Source: Macrostomum lignano (taxonomy: Eukaryota). From it: a stretch of DNA of 64,000 bases. This document shows positions 63,375 to 64,000 of the stretch, in pieces; the first letter of the stretch is position 1; the number at the start of each line of letters is the position of its first letter. The stretch spans positions 12,472 to 76,471 of the forward strand of contig NIVC01002142.1 in the NCBI GenBank assembly GCA_002269645.1, written 5' to 3'. The position numbers were made by a program, and so were the translations under genes. Below the pieces are notes generated by a model that worked only from the letters and a program-made list of their open reading frames with translations, searched no databases and was not told the DNA's origin.

Positions 63375-64000
63375 TGTTCAGCGGCGTCACCGTGGATTTT
63401 AGGGGGGGGGGTCTGTCAAAGTCAAGAATTTTACGTGTACATGTAAATAACTAAATTCCAACATGTACATTTTGAGAATCGGTGTTGTGAGCATTCATTT
63501 TGGCGCCGCAGGCACTCATTTTGGCGCTGCAGGCACTCATTTTAGCGCCGCAGGCACTTATTTTGGCGCCGCAGGCACTTGTTTTGGCGCTGCAGGCACT
63601 CATTTTGGCGCCGCAGGCACTCATTTTGGCGCTGCAGGCACTCATTTTAGCGCCGCAGGCACTTATTTTGGCGCCGCAGGCACTTGTTTTGGCGCTGCAG
63701 GCACTCATTTTGGCGCCGCAGGCACTCATTTTGGCGCTGCAGGCACTCATTTTAGCGCCGCAGGCACTCATTTTGGCGCCGCCGCAGGCCCTTGTTTTGG
63801 CGCTGTAGGCACTCATTTTGGCGCCGCAGGCACTCATTTTAGCGACGCATGCACTCATTTTACGCTCGTAGCGCGCCGCAGGCACTCATTTTGGCGCGCA
63901 GGCACTCATTTTGGCGCGCAGGCACTTGTTTTGGCGCTGTAGGCACTCATTTTTGGCGCCGCAGGCACTCATTTTAGCGACGCATGCACTCATTTTACGC
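63375..64000 (+). mobile_element. Second copy of the 21-bp-minisatellite element (GCAGGCACTCATTTTGGCGCC), runs off the window end
   Basis: Flank CAGCGGCGTCACCGTGGATTTTAGGGGGG..CAAAGTCAAGAATT is homologous to the reverse complement of 37500-37575. Confidence 0.7.

Overview
This is intron-rich eukaryotic DNA from a protostome animal. GC-rich exons, minisatellite-filled introns, an IR25a-like receptor and splice acceptors just before start codons suggest a Macrostomum-like free-living flatworm (inference). Bases 1-18.2 kb hold a head-to-tail minus-strand array of three paralogous genes that I cannot assign to a named family. Each encodes an N-terminal helical region, a variable 10-aa repeat linker, and 3-4 tandem divergent NHL-like beta-propeller units. 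The units are built from alternating 'A' and 'B' exons, and all 16 introns I could define are phase 2. The paralogs are a mosaic of near-identical and highly divergent patches. The rest of the window holds AVL9 (-), RMDN1 (+), an intronless HD-domain/DUF5662-like gene (-), PTDSS2 (+) and an IR25a-like ionotropic receptor (+) with a 1-bp frameshift. There is also a full-length degenerate mariner, several MITEs and SINEs, and about 20 minisatellite arrays. Sharply bounded CpG-depleted, TpA-rich domains with C>T/G>A erosion lie at the 5' ends of several genes. All exon models were read by hand from the sequence; no database searches were run.
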